Positions 1 through 9,735 of a stretch of DNA of 64,000 nucleotides are shown here, one piece after another. How positions within the stretch are numbered: the first letter of the stretch is position 1; each line of letters opens with the position of its first letter. Location of the stretch: contig CAMOSU010000001.1 in NCBI GenBank assembly GCA_946625125.1, forward strand, positions 419 to 64,418, in the 5' to 3' direction. The notes under the pieces are model-generated. The model was given only the letters and a program-made list of their open reading frames with translations, made no database searches and was not told the DNA's origin. The stretch is from an uncultured Clostridia bacterium. GTDB taxonomy: Bacteria > Bacillota > Clostridia > Oscillospirales > Oscillospiraceae. The position numbers were made by a program, and so were the translations under genes.

Positions 1-612
1 CACTCTGTCCAGCACGGGGGAAAGATCCACGGGGCCGCCCACGTTCAGCACCAGCATAAATTTCCGGTAGGTTTCGGCACAGGCCAGAATGTCCCGTATT
101 TCATCCTTCGTGAGCAGATAGTCGCCCTCGCCTCCGGGACGGTCAGCGCCCTCGCCGGAATTGCGGGCAAGCACGTAAACACAAACCTCGCCTTTGCCGT
201 CCAGGGGGAGGGCATACTGAGGCTCAGAAGGCGTCCGCCCCATACCGACGAGGAAGACGGATTTTCCCAGCTCCTTTGCTTCTCTGGCAATGCCTTCGTA
301 GAAACCCTGGATCACGGCTTCCCGTGCGGCTTGATAGCCTTCCATCCACGCCTTCGTGGTGACGGTGAAGCCTGCGTTTTCCAGGCCTTCCTCTACGGTC
401 ACATAGTGGCGCACATTCACGTCGCCGCTGCCGGTGCCGCCCTTGATGGTTTCCCGGGCGCCCGCACCGTAGAGGGCAATCTGGCAGGGAGCAGAAAGCG
501 GAAAGTCCCCATTCTTTTTCAGCAGCACCATGCACTCTGGCGCAAGGGCTCGAAGGGTCGCCAGATGTTCTTGTTCAAATTCCTGCACTTCAGGAGAATC
601 AATTTTGACCAT
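1..612 (-). CDS. Glycoside hydrolase family 3 (beta-glucosidase-like), 5' part only; gene continues beyond window start
   Basis: Unterminated minus-strand frame, absent from the ORF track. It starts at ATG 612..610 with GGAGG about 10 nt upstream. Hand translation MVKIDSPEVQEFEQEHLATLRALAPECMVLLKKNGDFPLSAPCQIALYGAGARETIKGGTGSGDVNVRHYVTVEEGLENAGF...LARNSGEGADRPGGEGDYLLTKDEI resembles the N-terminal region of clostridial GH3 beta-glucosidases (KGGTGSG and SGEG.DR motifs). Confidence 0.7.
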   Translation of the reverse strand, partial: MVKIDSPEVQEFEQEHLATLRALAPECMVLLKKNGDFPLSAPCQIALYGAGARETIKGGTGSGDVNVRHYVTVEEGLENAGFTVTTKAWMEGYQAAREAVIQGFYEGIAREAKELGKSVFLVGMGRTPSEPQYALPLDGKGEVCVYVLARNSGEGADRPGGEGDYLLTKDEIRDILACAETYRKFMLVLNVGGPVDLSPVLDRV

Positions 613-617
613 ATTCG

Positions 618-1649
618 TTACGCCTCCAGTTCGTTGATCATCTGGTGCAGCGCCTTGTCGATTTCAATAATCGACTCTGCGGGAATCTGCACCATCTCCA
701 TAATTTCCCGGGCGGTGTTGTTGCCCACAGCCGCCATCAAACCGTCTGTCGAGAACTGCCGGGCTTTGGCAACGGCTTCAATGGCCGCAAACATGGGGGC
801 AAGGACGGCCTTTGCGTCCTCGCTCTGCCTGCGCAGATGGGAAAGCGTGCAATCCACGCTGAGCACCGGTGCATAGTTTCCATTCATTGAGCCTGCGCGA
901 ACGGGCTCGGTAAAGCCCCCACGGGTCAGCTTCCCCATGACCTCGCCCAGCCACTGGATGCTGTCCGGTACCCAGCGGGGCAGGCGCGGGCAGACGGAAT
1001 TGGTGTTGATCCAATCCTCGCCGGTGGAAAAACCGTGCCCGCCGTAGGAATAGATATGGCTCTCAAAGGCTACGCCCTTCTCCGCCAGCGCCAGCTCCAT
1101 GCGGAGCGTATTGGAAATATCCACCGTGCGGTCGTCCCGGGCAGCCACCAGGAAGCAGGGGCAGGTCTTGGCTGTGACGTGCTCGTTCGGATAGGGCATA
1201 CCGGGCTGACACAGATCGCAGATATCCTTGAGAATTGCCGGGTAGACCAGAACCGCAGCGACTGGTCTGTGCTCTGCAAGCGTTGCGGCGCAGGCCGCCA
1301 GATGCCCGCCCGCCGAGAAGCCGACCACCGCGATTTTTGTCTTATCCAGATGCCATTCCTCCGCCCGTTCCTCGATCAGAGCCATCGCCTGCTCGTAGTC
1401 CTCCAGCGGCAGCGGCCACTTGCCCTTGGGCGTGCAGGTATAGCGCAGGACGAAGGCCTGGTATCCCGCCTTGAGATAGGCCGTGGCCACTGCGTCCGCC
1501 TCCCGGTCGGAGCACATGGCGTATCCGCCGCCGGGGATTACCACCATGGCGTGGCGCTTGGAAAAGCCAAACTCGACGTCAACTTCCTGGATATAGGCGG
1601 TCAGGGTCACGTTTCTGTTTTCATTCAAAATGATCTCTTGTGCCTTCAT
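618..1649 (-). CDS. Alpha/beta-hydrolase esterase (acetyl esterase type) with extra C-terminal ~90 aa region
   Basis: ORF 618..1676, with start set at M10 (MKAQEII). It has a VVIPGGGY oxyanion-like region, a GFSAGGH nucleophile elbow and a distal GGHGF motif. Confidence 0.75.
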   Translation of the reverse strand: MKAQEIILNENRNVTLTAYIQEVDVEFGFSKRHAMVVIPGGGYAMCSDREADAVATAYLKAGYQAFVLRYTCTPKGKWPLPLEDYEQAMALIEERAEEWHLDKTKIAVVGFSAGGHLAACAATLAEHRPVAAVLVYPAILKDICDLCQPGMPYPNEHVTAKTCPCFLVAARDDRTVDISNTLRMELALAEKGVAFESHIYSYGGHGFSTGEDWINTNSVCPRLPRWVPDSIQWLGEVMGKLTRGGFTEPVRAGSMNGNYAPVLSVDCTLSHLRRQSEDAKAVLAPMFAAIEAVAKARQFSTDGLMAAVGNNTAREIMEMVQIPAESIIEIDKALHQMINELEA

Positions 1650-1662
1650 GCTGCATCTCCCT

Positions 1663-2787
1663 TTATAGTAATCCAAGGCCCAGCTTCAGCACCTCGCCGC
1701 TTGTGCCGCGCATCATCCAATCTGCGCAGCTCACACCGTCCACGACGGTGGTGAAGGCGGCGTTGGAGCCACAAAGGCAGTGGACGGTCAGATCGGTTTC
1801 CTTACTGTTTTTGTCCGGTGTATTAAAGATAAACGTACTCAAGTCGGGAATCTCCTTCTGCAGATGATCCAGCATTTCCTTGAGTTTCCGCTGGAAGCTC
1901 ACCCCTGCAGCCTTGTCCGGCACCCAGCGGCCATCCTCCAGATACATCTCCATCTGGGTCAGCGCAGCGTCCCGCACCGAGCAGCAATACAGGATCTTAA
2001 TCCCGGGATGATTCTTATGGAGTGCCAGCAGGCTGTCGGACACGATCTCATCTCCGGTGAGGCGCGCCGCGATCTCCTCCGGCGCTTTCCAGACCTCCCG
2101 GGCCACTCGCTGCCATTCATAATGCATCATGGCGCTGTCCACACAGGCAGTGATGTCATGGCATTGGGGGAACGCGGCGGCAACCGCGTCAGTCAGCAGG
2201 GACGTGGCAAAGGCTCCTGCCGAGAACCCGGTCACCAGAATCTGCTCCGGGTTCGACACCAGTTCCTTTATCTTTTTCAGCAACAGCCGGAAATTCGTAT
2301 AACCGTGGTGATGCAGCACAGCCGGTTTCCCATCCAGGTCCGTATAGGGATAATCCCCGGTCCCGCAGTGAAAGTCTCCGGTGGCGTAGGGCACGAATAG
2401 CAGGTTCCAGTCCCGGAAGGGGTTCTTTTTTGACTGCCCGAAGGTTCCAATCCGGGGGATGATGTCCCCGAATCGCACGTCGTCGGAGTAGAACATCTCA
2501 CCCTTTCCGCCCACGCGCTGAGGTCTGGCCGCGGTATGCTCATCTACCGAAACACCGCCGCCGGAAAACCCGATTATCAGTTTGTTCGTGCTGCCAAGAC
2601 GGATGCAGCCGTGATAAGGATTGCCGTTGGCACAGAGGGCGCCATCCGGCCAGTATTCATAATTCTTGCCCTGCTTTGGGCGCTCCGGCAGCTCCGGGAA
2701 GCGTGTCAGCTCGATATAGTCGGCCAAAAGCCGGTTGAACAGAGGCCAGCCGCGCCGATCCTCCTTATGCGTTTTCCGCTTTGCCAT
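1663..2787 (-). CDS. Pectin acetylesterase (PAE/Notum-like) family hydrolase, no signal peptide
   Basis: 374 aa with motifs IIGFSGGGV, YATGDFHCGTGD and VTGFSAGAFATS. AAGGAGG lies 6 nt upstream of the ATG. Clear paralog of 9736..10857. Confidence 0.7.
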   Translation of the reverse strand: MAKRKTHKEDRRGWPLFNRLLADYIELTRFPELPERPKQGKNYEYWPDGALCANGNPYHGCIRLGSTNKLIIGFSGGGVSVDEHTAARPQRVGGKGEMFYSDDVRFGDIIPRIGTFGQSKKNPFRDWNLLFVPYATGDFHCGTGDYPYTDLDGKPAVLHHHGYTNFRLLLKKIKELVSNPEQILVTGFSAGAFATSLLTDAVAAAFPQCHDITACVDSAMMHYEWQRVAREVWKAPEEIAARLTGDEIVSDSLLALHKNHPGIKILYCCSVRDAALTQMEMYLEDGRWVPDKAAGVSFQRKLKEMLDHLQKEIPDLSTFIFNTPDKNSKETDLTVHCLCGSNAAFTTVVDGVSCADWMMRGTSGEVLKLGLGLL

Positions 2788-3673
2788 GGTTTTCCTCCTT
2801 GCTCATCGCATAGAGTTCTTTCGCCTTTTCCACCTTATAGCGGAAGCAGTCCTCCCGCAGCTTATCCTGCTCCGGCTTTTCCTCGGCCTTGTCGGTGCCG
2901 AAGCCGTGATAACCATCTTTGTACATCTTCAGATCCAGCAGCTTGCCGTGCTGCTTCAGAAGCTCCGCGTAACGCTCTCCCTGGGGATGCAGCGGGTCCC
3001 GGCCGCAGACGATGACCACCGCCGGAGAGAGCTTTTCCAGCGTTTTCTCTGTGATTTTCGCCGCCGGGGACAGCACCTCGCTGTCCAAAGGCAGCTTGGG
3101 CGGATAGAGCTCAAACATCATCTTGTAGAGCTTGTCTCCCTCCGGAAAGTCAATGGGAATCGTGTGGGTGAAGTCCAGGAAAGGCACCTCCATGATCTGT
3201 CCTGCAATCTGGATGCCCTGCTGAGCCAGCAGGATGGCGGAACCCGCCGTGAGATGACCGCCCGCACTGCCGCCGGAGAGGATGATTCTGTCCGGGTCGA
3301 TGCCCAACTGCGTTGCGTGGGCCTTCAGCCATTTGACGGTATCCACGACCTCCTCCTGGGGATAGGGGAAGCTCTTGTCATAGAGCCGTTTGTAGTTCAC
3401 GTTGACCACAAAGGCCCCCAGAGCCTCGCTCAGCCGCTGGCAGTAACGATCATCGTCCACCGCGTCCAGGCCGACCCAGGCGCCGCCGTGGATCTGGACG
3501 AACACCGGCATGTTTTCCCGCTTTTCGGGATAGTAGAAGAGCACTTCCACCGGCTCCTTGCCTTCGCGCTGGATATAACTGCGATCCCCAACAACGGGAT
3601 CGGTCTTGTAATGCTTGTTGACCTTATGGAAGCGGGCGTTCATCACTGCCCGTTTGATTGCTGTCAACGCCAT
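2765..3673 (-). CDS. Alpha/beta hydrolase fold-3 (HSL-type) acetyl esterase
   Basis: 302 aa with an HGG box (VQIHGGAW) and a GxSxG motif (LSGGSAGGHL). Confidence 0.8.
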   Translation of the reverse strand: MALTAIKRAVMNARFHKVNKHYKTDPVVGDRSYIQREGKEPVEVLFYYPEKRENMPVFVQIHGGAWVGLDAVDDDRYCQRLSEALGAFVVNVNYKRLYDKSFPYPQEEVVDTVKWLKAHATQLGIDPDRIILSGGSAGGHLTAGSAILLAQQGIQIAGQIMEVPFLDFTHTIPIDFPEGDKLYKMMFELYPPKLPLDSEVLSPAAKITEKTLEKLSPAVVIVCGRDPLHPQGERYAELLKQHGKLLDLKMYKDGYHGFGTDKAEEKPEQDKLREDCFRYKVEKAKELYAMSKEENHGKAENA

Positions 3674-3674
3674 A

Positions 3675-5972
3675 TCATTGCACCTCGATCTTTAATTCTC
3701 CGTCACCGCGGGTCACAATGAGCGCCCGCCCGTGATAAGTCCGAATGGTCTTGTCAAAATAGTTCTCCTCGCTCTTGGGGTCTGCCGTGCCAAAGCCCAG
3801 GATCGTGCGGTCTCCCTTCGTTTCCGCCGTGACGGTCAGCACCGCTTCCGGGTTGAGGACGCCGCTTGCGTCCACCACAGAGAGCTCGATGATCCCGTCG
3901 CCAAGGTCTGTCTGTTCCAGGTGGACTTCGTTGGAGGCCGTTAACAAAGAATCCCGCTCTGCGGCTTGTCCATTGCGGAGGTTGATTGCTGTCAGCTCGC
4001 CCGGCTCGTAAACGGTATCAAACAGCGCCTTGCAGCGCTCTGTTTTCTGCCTCCCGACGGAGCGGCCATTGACCAGCAGCTCCACCTCGTCGGCGTCGGA
4101 ATAGACTTCCACCACAATGGGCTTGCCTTTATCGCCCCGGTAATTCCAGCTTCGCAGGGCGTCCGACCAGCCCCAGCGGGTGGGAGACTGGGTTTCTCCA
4201 TAGTGAGCCGGGTCCTGCACGGCGAGATAGGGTTCTTTCCGAAGCCCCCAGACGATCTGACGCCAGTAGGACACCGGGCGGCGGTCACCGATCAGGTCGA
4301 AGTCTCCACATCCAGCGCTTCGCCAGGGATAGGCACCGTATAAATCATATTCCACCGCTTCGCCGTAGCGGTGCTGGCCGACGCCGGCTTCGCCAAGGTA
4401 ATCCCATGCGCTCCATCCGAAGTCTCCGATAAGCTGTGGGAGGCTTTCGCAGAGCTTCCAGTTTTCATAGAGCGCACCGGGATAACATTCTGCCCCCAGC
4501 ATAACGCGGTGGGGATACTCTCCAGCGTCCGCTTCGTAGCGGAAGGTGGCGTAATTGTAGCCCGCAACGTCCAGATAACTGAACGCCTCCTCCAGCGGCT
4601 CACCAATCTCCCTGGAGGCCATGAGTTTTGCCAGCTCCTCCGCATTTCCGTTCAGAATGGAATTGATGTCCGCCCCGGCTTTGACAGCCAGCTCCGGAAT
4701 GCGCTCCATCAGCGACAGCACCGGGTTTACGCAGTTGGTAAGATAACGGGTCGGATCCATTGCACGGATATGGTCGCAGATCTGCCTGCCGTACTGTACC
4801 TCATGAGGATCGCTGAGCTCGCAGATCTCATTGCCGATGGAATAGAAGATCACCGAGGGATGGTTGTAGGCCAGGTCCACCATGGCTGTGGCATCTTCCT
4901 CCCAGTGAGAAAGGAAGTAGGTGGAATAATCAAAGGCCACCTTCGGCGTCGTCCAGGCGTCGCAGAGCTCCAGCATCACCAGCATGCCCAACTCGTCGCA
5001 GGCCTCCAACACTGTCCGGCTCGTGGGGAAATGGGCGCAGCGGACCGCGTTATAGCCCGCGTCCTTGAGCTTTCGGATGCGCCGGTAAGTCAGCGCCCGG
5101 TGCTCCACCGCTCCGATGACGCCGTGATCCTGATGGATACAGCCGCCCCGGAGCTTGACGGGCTCGCCGTTGACACGAAGGCCGCGCCGGGCGTCCAGGG
5201 AGAGGGTTCGGACGCCGAAGCGGGTGTGCTCCCTGTCCAGCCCCTCCAGTTCGGTCTCGCAGTCGTAAAGGTAAGGACTGTCAATGCTCCAGCGTTTCGG
5301 ATGTTCCAGCGTAAAGCGAAGCGATACTGTCTTGGTTTCGCCCGCCAGGAGCGTCACCGGAGCACTGATCTCTGCCTCGCCGATTCTGTGACGAAGACAA
5401 AGCGTCTGCTGCTTTGCATCCCGGTTGACCAGGGTGGTTTGGATCAGAAGCGCCGCCGCTTCCTCGTCTGCTTCCACCACTGTGATTCTCACGCCGTTCG
5501 GCGCGATATGGACGCAGCCCGCCCGCAGCAGCCACACGTCCCGGTAGATGCCGGTGCCCGTATACCAGCGACTGGACGGGACCCCGTTTCGCACCAGCAC
5601 CTTGACGGTGTTCTTTCCTTGCTTCAGGAAAGGCGAAATATCGACCGTAAAAGCGGTATAGCCGTTTGGATGCTGCGCCGCCAAACAGCCGTTGACATAG
5701 ACTGCAGCATTGTGATAGATGCCCTCAAACTCCAGGTACGCGGCACCGGAAAGGTCATTCCATTCAAATTCTTTCGTGTAATGCACGGTCTCGGCGGGAT
5801 AATAGCCTGTGGCGTTGCCGGTGGGTGTTTGAGGGTCCCGTTCCCGGCCAATCATGGCGTCATGGGGCAGCGTGACCGGGACCGGTGTCTGTGCGCCGTT
5901 TATCGTTCGCTCCAGAGCCGTCCCGCTGCCCCGGCAGAACATCCAGCCGCTGTTGAAGCTTTCCCGTTTCAT
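3675..5972 (-). CDS. Glycoside hydrolase family 2 (beta-galactosidase/beta-glucuronidase-like)
   Basis: ORF 3675..5975. N-terminal FNSGW and an NHPSVIFYSIGNE catalytic-acid region are typical of GH2. The ATG at 5972 overlaps the upstream stop as TGATG; a TTG at 5975 is an alternative start. Confidence 0.8.
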   Translation of the reverse strand: MKRESFNSGWMFCRGSGTALERTINGAQTPVPVTLPHDAMIGRERDPQTPTGNATGYYPAETVHYTKEFEWNDLSGAAYLEFEGIYHNAAVYVNGCLAAQHPNGYTAFTVDISPFLKQGKNTVKVLVRNGVPSSRWYTGTGIYRDVWLLRAGCVHIAPNGVRITVVEADEEAAALLIQTTLVNRDAKQQTLCLRHRIGEAEISAPVTLLAGETKTVSLRFTLEHPKRWSIDSPYLYDCETELEGLDREHTRFGVRTLSLDARRGLRVNGEPVKLRGGCIHQDHGVIGAVEHRALTYRRIRKLKDAGYNAVRCAHFPTSRTVLEACDELGMLVMLELCDAWTTPKVAFDYSTYFLSHWEEDATAMVDLAYNHPSVIFYSIGNEICELSDPHEVQYGRQICDHIRAMDPTRYLTNCVNPVLSLMERIPELAVKAGADINSILNGNAEELAKLMASREIGEPLEEAFSYLDVAGYNYATFRYEADAGEYPHRVMLGAECYPGALYENWKLCESLPQLIGDFGWSAWDYLGEAGVGQHRYGEAVEYDLYGAYPWRSAGCGDFDLIGDRRPVSYWRQIVWGLRKEPYLAVQDPAHYGETQSPTRWGWSDALRSWNYRGDKGKPIVVEVYSDADEVELLVNGRSVGRQKTERCKALFDTVYEPGELTAINLRNGQAAERDSLLTASNEVHLEQTDLGDGIIELSVVDASGVLNPEAVLTVTAETKGDRTILGFGTADPKSEENYFDKTIRTYHGRALIVTRGDGELKIEVQ

Positions 5973-7474
5973 CAATACTTCCTCGAAAGCTGGGCTTCAC
6001 ATTCCGCACGGCTGATCTGCCCGGCGTTGCACTTGGCCATCAGCTCCGCGTCCCGATCTTTCAGCTTATAAAAGAGCAGAACCAGGGTGGACAGCAGGAA
6101 GCCGATGCCGGGGATCAGGGCGTAAACCACCCACATGCCGTGAATGGCTTGGGGGGTCTGATAGCCCGCCTGGCCCACAGCCATACCCATGTCCAAGAGC
6201 TGCTGATAGCTCTCCGCCTGGACCTCGTGCCAGCCGTAGAGCCCCATCACCAGAAGCCCGATGCTGGCGCCCACGCCGCCCACGGCCTTGCTGACAAAGG
6301 CGTTCAGAGAGTAGAAGATGCCGGCGCAGTCCTTTCCCGTCTTGTAACGGGTATATTCGATGGTGTCCGGGGCGATGAAGTTCATAAACACATAACGCAG
6401 GGAATTGGCAAGTCCTGCAACGGTGCTCAAGACAATGAAGGCTCCGATGTTCTCATAGCCCACCAGGTACTGCAGGATGTACATCCCGCCGAACACAAGG
6501 CCGAGGAGGATCAGCGAATTCCGGCGGCCGAAGCGCTTTGAGATTTTGTCCGCTTGCGTATTGATGATCAGCCCCGGAATGAAGGCGATCAGAACCGGCA
6601 GCGAGGTGATCATGGTCTTTCCGTCAAAGAGATAGAAGGAGATCAGAGAGGCAACGGCGGAGGACGTGGCGGTGACGCCCGCAATCAGGGTGGAAACCAG
6701 GTAGACCATCATGTACTTGTTGGTCTTCACGCAGTTCCACATATCCCGCAGGGTATAGCCCTCGTGCTGGTTTTCTTCCTCCACGTTTTTCAGTTCCGTG
6801 TTGTATTCCTTGCCGTTTCGCACCAGCGGGATCATGATTGCCGTGCAAAGGATCATGGCCCCGATGGAGACAGAAGTGAAGCTGAAGCCCGGGCCGGCCA
6901 CCGGATCCACCAGGAAGTTCAGCGCAACGCCCACGATCACCGCAGCCAGAACCGTGATGATTCCCTTGACGGTGATGATATGGGTCCGCTCCTCGGTGTT
7001 GTCCGTCAGGGTCATCACCAGGGAATTCATGGGCACCTCGTTGAGGGTGCAGGAGAAGTCATAGAGCAGATAGCTCACCACAAACCAGGCAATCTTCGCG
7101 CCCACAGACAGGGACGAGGGCATCAGATAGAACACCACGGTGAACAGGGGGAACAGGAAGAAGGTCAGCCGGAACCAGGGCAGATACTTGCCCTCGCCGG
7201 TCAGCTTGCGAAAGGCCTTCCATTCCGTGATCTTGAGCTTGTCGATCAGGTAGCCGAAGACCACGTCGTCCACCGCGTCAATCAGCTTGAGCACCAGCAG
7301 CACGCTGGCCAGCACCTCCAAATTGACGCCCCGCAGGGCCAGGAACGCGGTCATAAAGGTCTGAAATACAGAGGTGCCGAACAGCCGCCCGCTGTCAGAG
7401 AGATAATAGTTGAAGCGCTCCCGGGTGCTGAGCCGCCAGTCGGGATGCTTGTTTCCTCGCTCTTTCTTTGCCAT
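5972..7474 (-). CDS. GPH-family (glycoside-pentoside-hexuronide):cation symporter, MFS superfamily
   Basis: 500 aa, hydrophobic throughout with about 12 helices by eye. It has the N-terminal DAVDDVVFGYLID motif characteristic of MelB/GPH-type carriers. Confidence 0.75.
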   Translation of the reverse strand: MAKKERGNKHPDWRLSTRERFNYYLSDSGRLFGTSVFQTFMTAFLALRGVNLEVLASVLLVLKLIDAVDDVVFGYLIDKLKITEWKAFRKLTGEGKYLPWFRLTFFLFPLFTVVFYLMPSSLSVGAKIAWFVVSYLLYDFSCTLNEVPMNSLVMTLTDNTEERTHIITVKGIITVLAAVIVGVALNFLVDPVAGPGFSFTSVSIGAMILCTAIMIPLVRNGKEYNTELKNVEEENQHEGYTLRDMWNCVKTNKYMMVYLVSTLIAGVTATSSAVASLISFYLFDGKTMITSLPVLIAFIPGLIINTQADKISKRFGRRNSLILLGLVFGGMYILQYLVGYENIGAFIVLSTVAGLANSLRYVFMNFIAPDTIEYTRYKTGKDCAGIFYSLNAFVSKAVGGVGASIGLLVMGLYGWHEVQAESYQQLLDMGMAVGQAGYQTPQAIHGMWVVYALIPGIGFLLSTLVLLFYKLKDRDAELMAKCNAGQISRAECEAQLSRKY

Positions 7475-7487
7475 CGCTCGTTTCTCC

Positions 7488-8459
7488 TTATATGTATTTT
7501 TGAATGAAGTTCATCATCCGCTCAAAGGCCTCTTTTGCATGGGGCTCGGCAGCCATCTGATCCATGTAGCCGTGGTGCAGCTTTGCCCCGGGAAAGAAAA
7601 CCAGATCATTGGGTACGCCAATCTCGTCCAGCTTCTTTTTGAGGCCGCGTGCTTCGGTGATAAAGTAGCCGGTCTCGTCGTTGGGCTCGTTGGAGGCGTT
7701 GATCCAGCTTGGAATGAAGCTGTCGCGGAGATAGGTTTTCGCGTTGATCATCGCCACGGCCTCCGGCGTGTTGCGCCTTGCGCCTGTGGCGCAGCCCAGC
7801 ATGGCGTACATGTTTTTGTCAAAGACGCTGGCGTCCAGGGCGGCCTCGTCGATGGCTAGCACCTTCAGGGTTTCCATTGTCATCACGGGATCGACGCCGA
7901 GCATGGCGGCGTAATCGGGATTGCAGACGCAAGCCGCATAGATGACGGTCATATTGGCACCGGCGCTTCCTCCGGAAAGGCAGACACGGGACAGATCCAG
8001 GTGCAGCTCTTCCTGGTGCGCAATCAGATAGCGGAACAGCTCGTCCGTCTGCCGGATCTGCGCCGGGAACCGGTACTGCGGCGCCAGGGCGTAATCCGCG
8101 TTCACGAGAATGTACCCTGCCTTGACGATGGCTTCCAGCTTCCCGACTCCGCCTCCGCCGGTCTGCATCGGGTCACCGGAGGATTTGTTGCCGAAGATGA
8201 AGCCTCCGCCGTGAAAGTACACCACCACGGGCCGTTTTTCCCCGCCCTCGTCCGGATACCAGATGTCCGCGAAGCTGTTGGGATAGGTCTCGCCGTATTT
8301 CACGTCGCTGCGGCAGACCATGTCGTTTTCCAGCTTCTTCAGCTCCGGCGCATGCCAGGGCTCCCACTCGTTGGGCTTGTGCCCCTTATAGAGCTTTGCA
8401 TAGACCGCTTTCTGGAGCAGCGTGCATTTCAGATCATTCAGCCGTTTGCCCATGTTCAA
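7488..8459 (-). CDS. Alpha/beta hydrolase fold-3 esterase
   Basis: 323 aa with VVYFHGGGFIFGN (HGG box) and LSGGSAGANM (GxSxG). Confidence 0.75.
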   Translation of the reverse strand: MNMGKRLNDLKCTLLQKAVYAKLYKGHKPNEWEPWHAPELKKLENDMVCRSDVKYGETYPNSFADIWYPDEGGEKRPVVVYFHGGGFIFGNKSSGDPMQTGGGGVGKLEAIVKAGYILVNADYALAPQYRFPAQIRQTDELFRYLIAHQEELHLDLSRVCLSGGSAGANMTVIYAACVCNPDYAAMLGVDPVMTMETLKVLAIDEAALDASVFDKNMYAMLGCATGARRNTPEAVAMINAKTYLRDSFIPSWINASNEPNDETGYFITEARGLKKKLDEIGVPNDLVFFPGAKLHHGYMDQMAAEPHAKEAFERMMNFIQKYI

Positions 8460-8592
8460 GCTCCTTTCTTCTTTGTTCTGTACCTATTATACGTGAAAGA
8501 AAAAATAAAAAAATGCCCCTGATTTACGTATTCGATGGGTTGAATTTTGCTTTTTTGGAAGCTATAATAAACATATCCCCTGACACAACGAT

Positions 8593-9660
8593 GTGCAGGA
8601 ACGGAGGGATACTTTGGCAGACTATCAATCTCTGATCCGGGAGCTGTCCCGGCTGGACCCCTATGAAAAGGCGGGATATGATTCCTTTTGCCGGACCGGG
8701 ACCATGCTTCGTCACGGGCAATACTTATACTTGATGACCCATGGGACCGACCCGCATACGCTGGAAACCATCAACGACCCGCCTGCACTGCGGGAGCAGG
8801 GCCAGATTGTAGCCTCCTTCCATGAAAAATACGGAACGACCGGGCTGACGGAAGCGGATTTCATGCCTGCGGATTCGGACGTCGCCGTGGAAAAGCTGCT
8901 CCGTTATATTGAGATCCCCACACACGCCCATGAATTTGTGGAATGCGCCTACGTTCTGCGGGGAAGCTGTATCCACAGGATCGGTGAAAATGAGGTGATC
9001 CAACAGGAAGGAAGCTTTATTCTGGTCCCGGTCCCCAACCGGCACCAGCTCATCGCAGTGGGCGACTCTCTGTGCCTTACCATGAAAATCCGGCTCAGCC
9101 ACTTTGTGAAGATGAGCATTCCCCATCTGCCCACCATGATCTATCCCATCAGTTTTCAGTGTGGCGAAGACCCTGCCGCGGAGAGCATGCTGCTGTTTCT
9201 GTATGAGCAGCAAAAGCTGGCGCTTCCTTACCGAAACCAATTGATGGAGGGTGCCGCAGCCGGCCTCATCACCTATATTCTTCAAAGGTATATGGACACG
9301 ATGCAGCCCCTCTACAGCATTGCGCTGCGGGATCAGCGGCTGCTGGACATGATCAATTATATGTACAATCACTATCGCACTGTGACGCTGCATGATCTGG
9401 CGGCGGAGTTTCACTACAATGAATCCTATTTGAGCCGGATGTTTCAGGAGCAGGCCGGACGGTCCTTCTCCGAGACGGTCAAGGATTTTAAGCTGCGAAA
9501 GGCAGCCGAGCTGCTGAAAACCAAGAGTTGGAAGCTGGATCACATCTGTGATGAAATCGGCTATAAGGATACCCGTCAGTTTATCCGCAGCTTCAAGGAG
9601 CTGTACGGGATGACGCCGGACAAATATCGAAGGATGAATCCAGCGCCGGAGGCGGAATGA
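8593..9660 (+). CDS. AraC-family transcriptional regulator (cupin-like sensor domain + C-terminal HTH)
   Basis: 355 aa. The C-terminal LAAEFHYNESYLSRMFQEQAGRSFSETVKDFKLRKAAELLKTKSWKLDHICDEIGYKDTRQFIRSFKELYGMTPDKYRR is a canonical AraC double HTH. It is divergent from the esterase-GPH-GH2 operon. Confidence 0.85.
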   Translation: MQERRDTLADYQSLIRELSRLDPYEKAGYDSFCRTGTMLRHGQYLYLMTHGTDPHTLETINDPPALREQGQIVASFHEKYGTTGLTEADFMPADSDVAVEKLLRYIEIPTHAHEFVECAYVLRGSCIHRIGENEVIQQEGSFILVPVPNRHQLIAVGDSLCLTMKIRLSHFVKMSIPHLPTMIYPISFQCGEDPAAESMLLFLYEQQKLALPYRNQLMEGAAAGLITYILQRYMDTMQPLYSIALRDQRLLDMINYMYNHYRTVTLHDLAAEFHYNESYLSRMFQEQAGRSFSETVKDFKLRKAAELLKTKSWKLDHICDEIGYKDTRQFIRSFKELYGMTPDKYRRMNPAPEAE

Positions 9661-9691
9661 CTTGCGTCAGGGTTCCGGCAAATACGAAGCG

Positions 9692-9732
9692 CCGGCAGGC
9701 TGGGAGAATCCTCCCGGCCTGCCGGAGTTTTT
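9692..9732 (+). terminator. Rho-independent terminator after the AraC gene
   Basis: CCGGCAGGCTGGGAG-AATC-CTCCCGGCCTGCCGG hairpin (15 bp, one G-T pair) followed by AGTTTTT. Confidence 0.6.
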
Positions 9733-9735
9733 GAC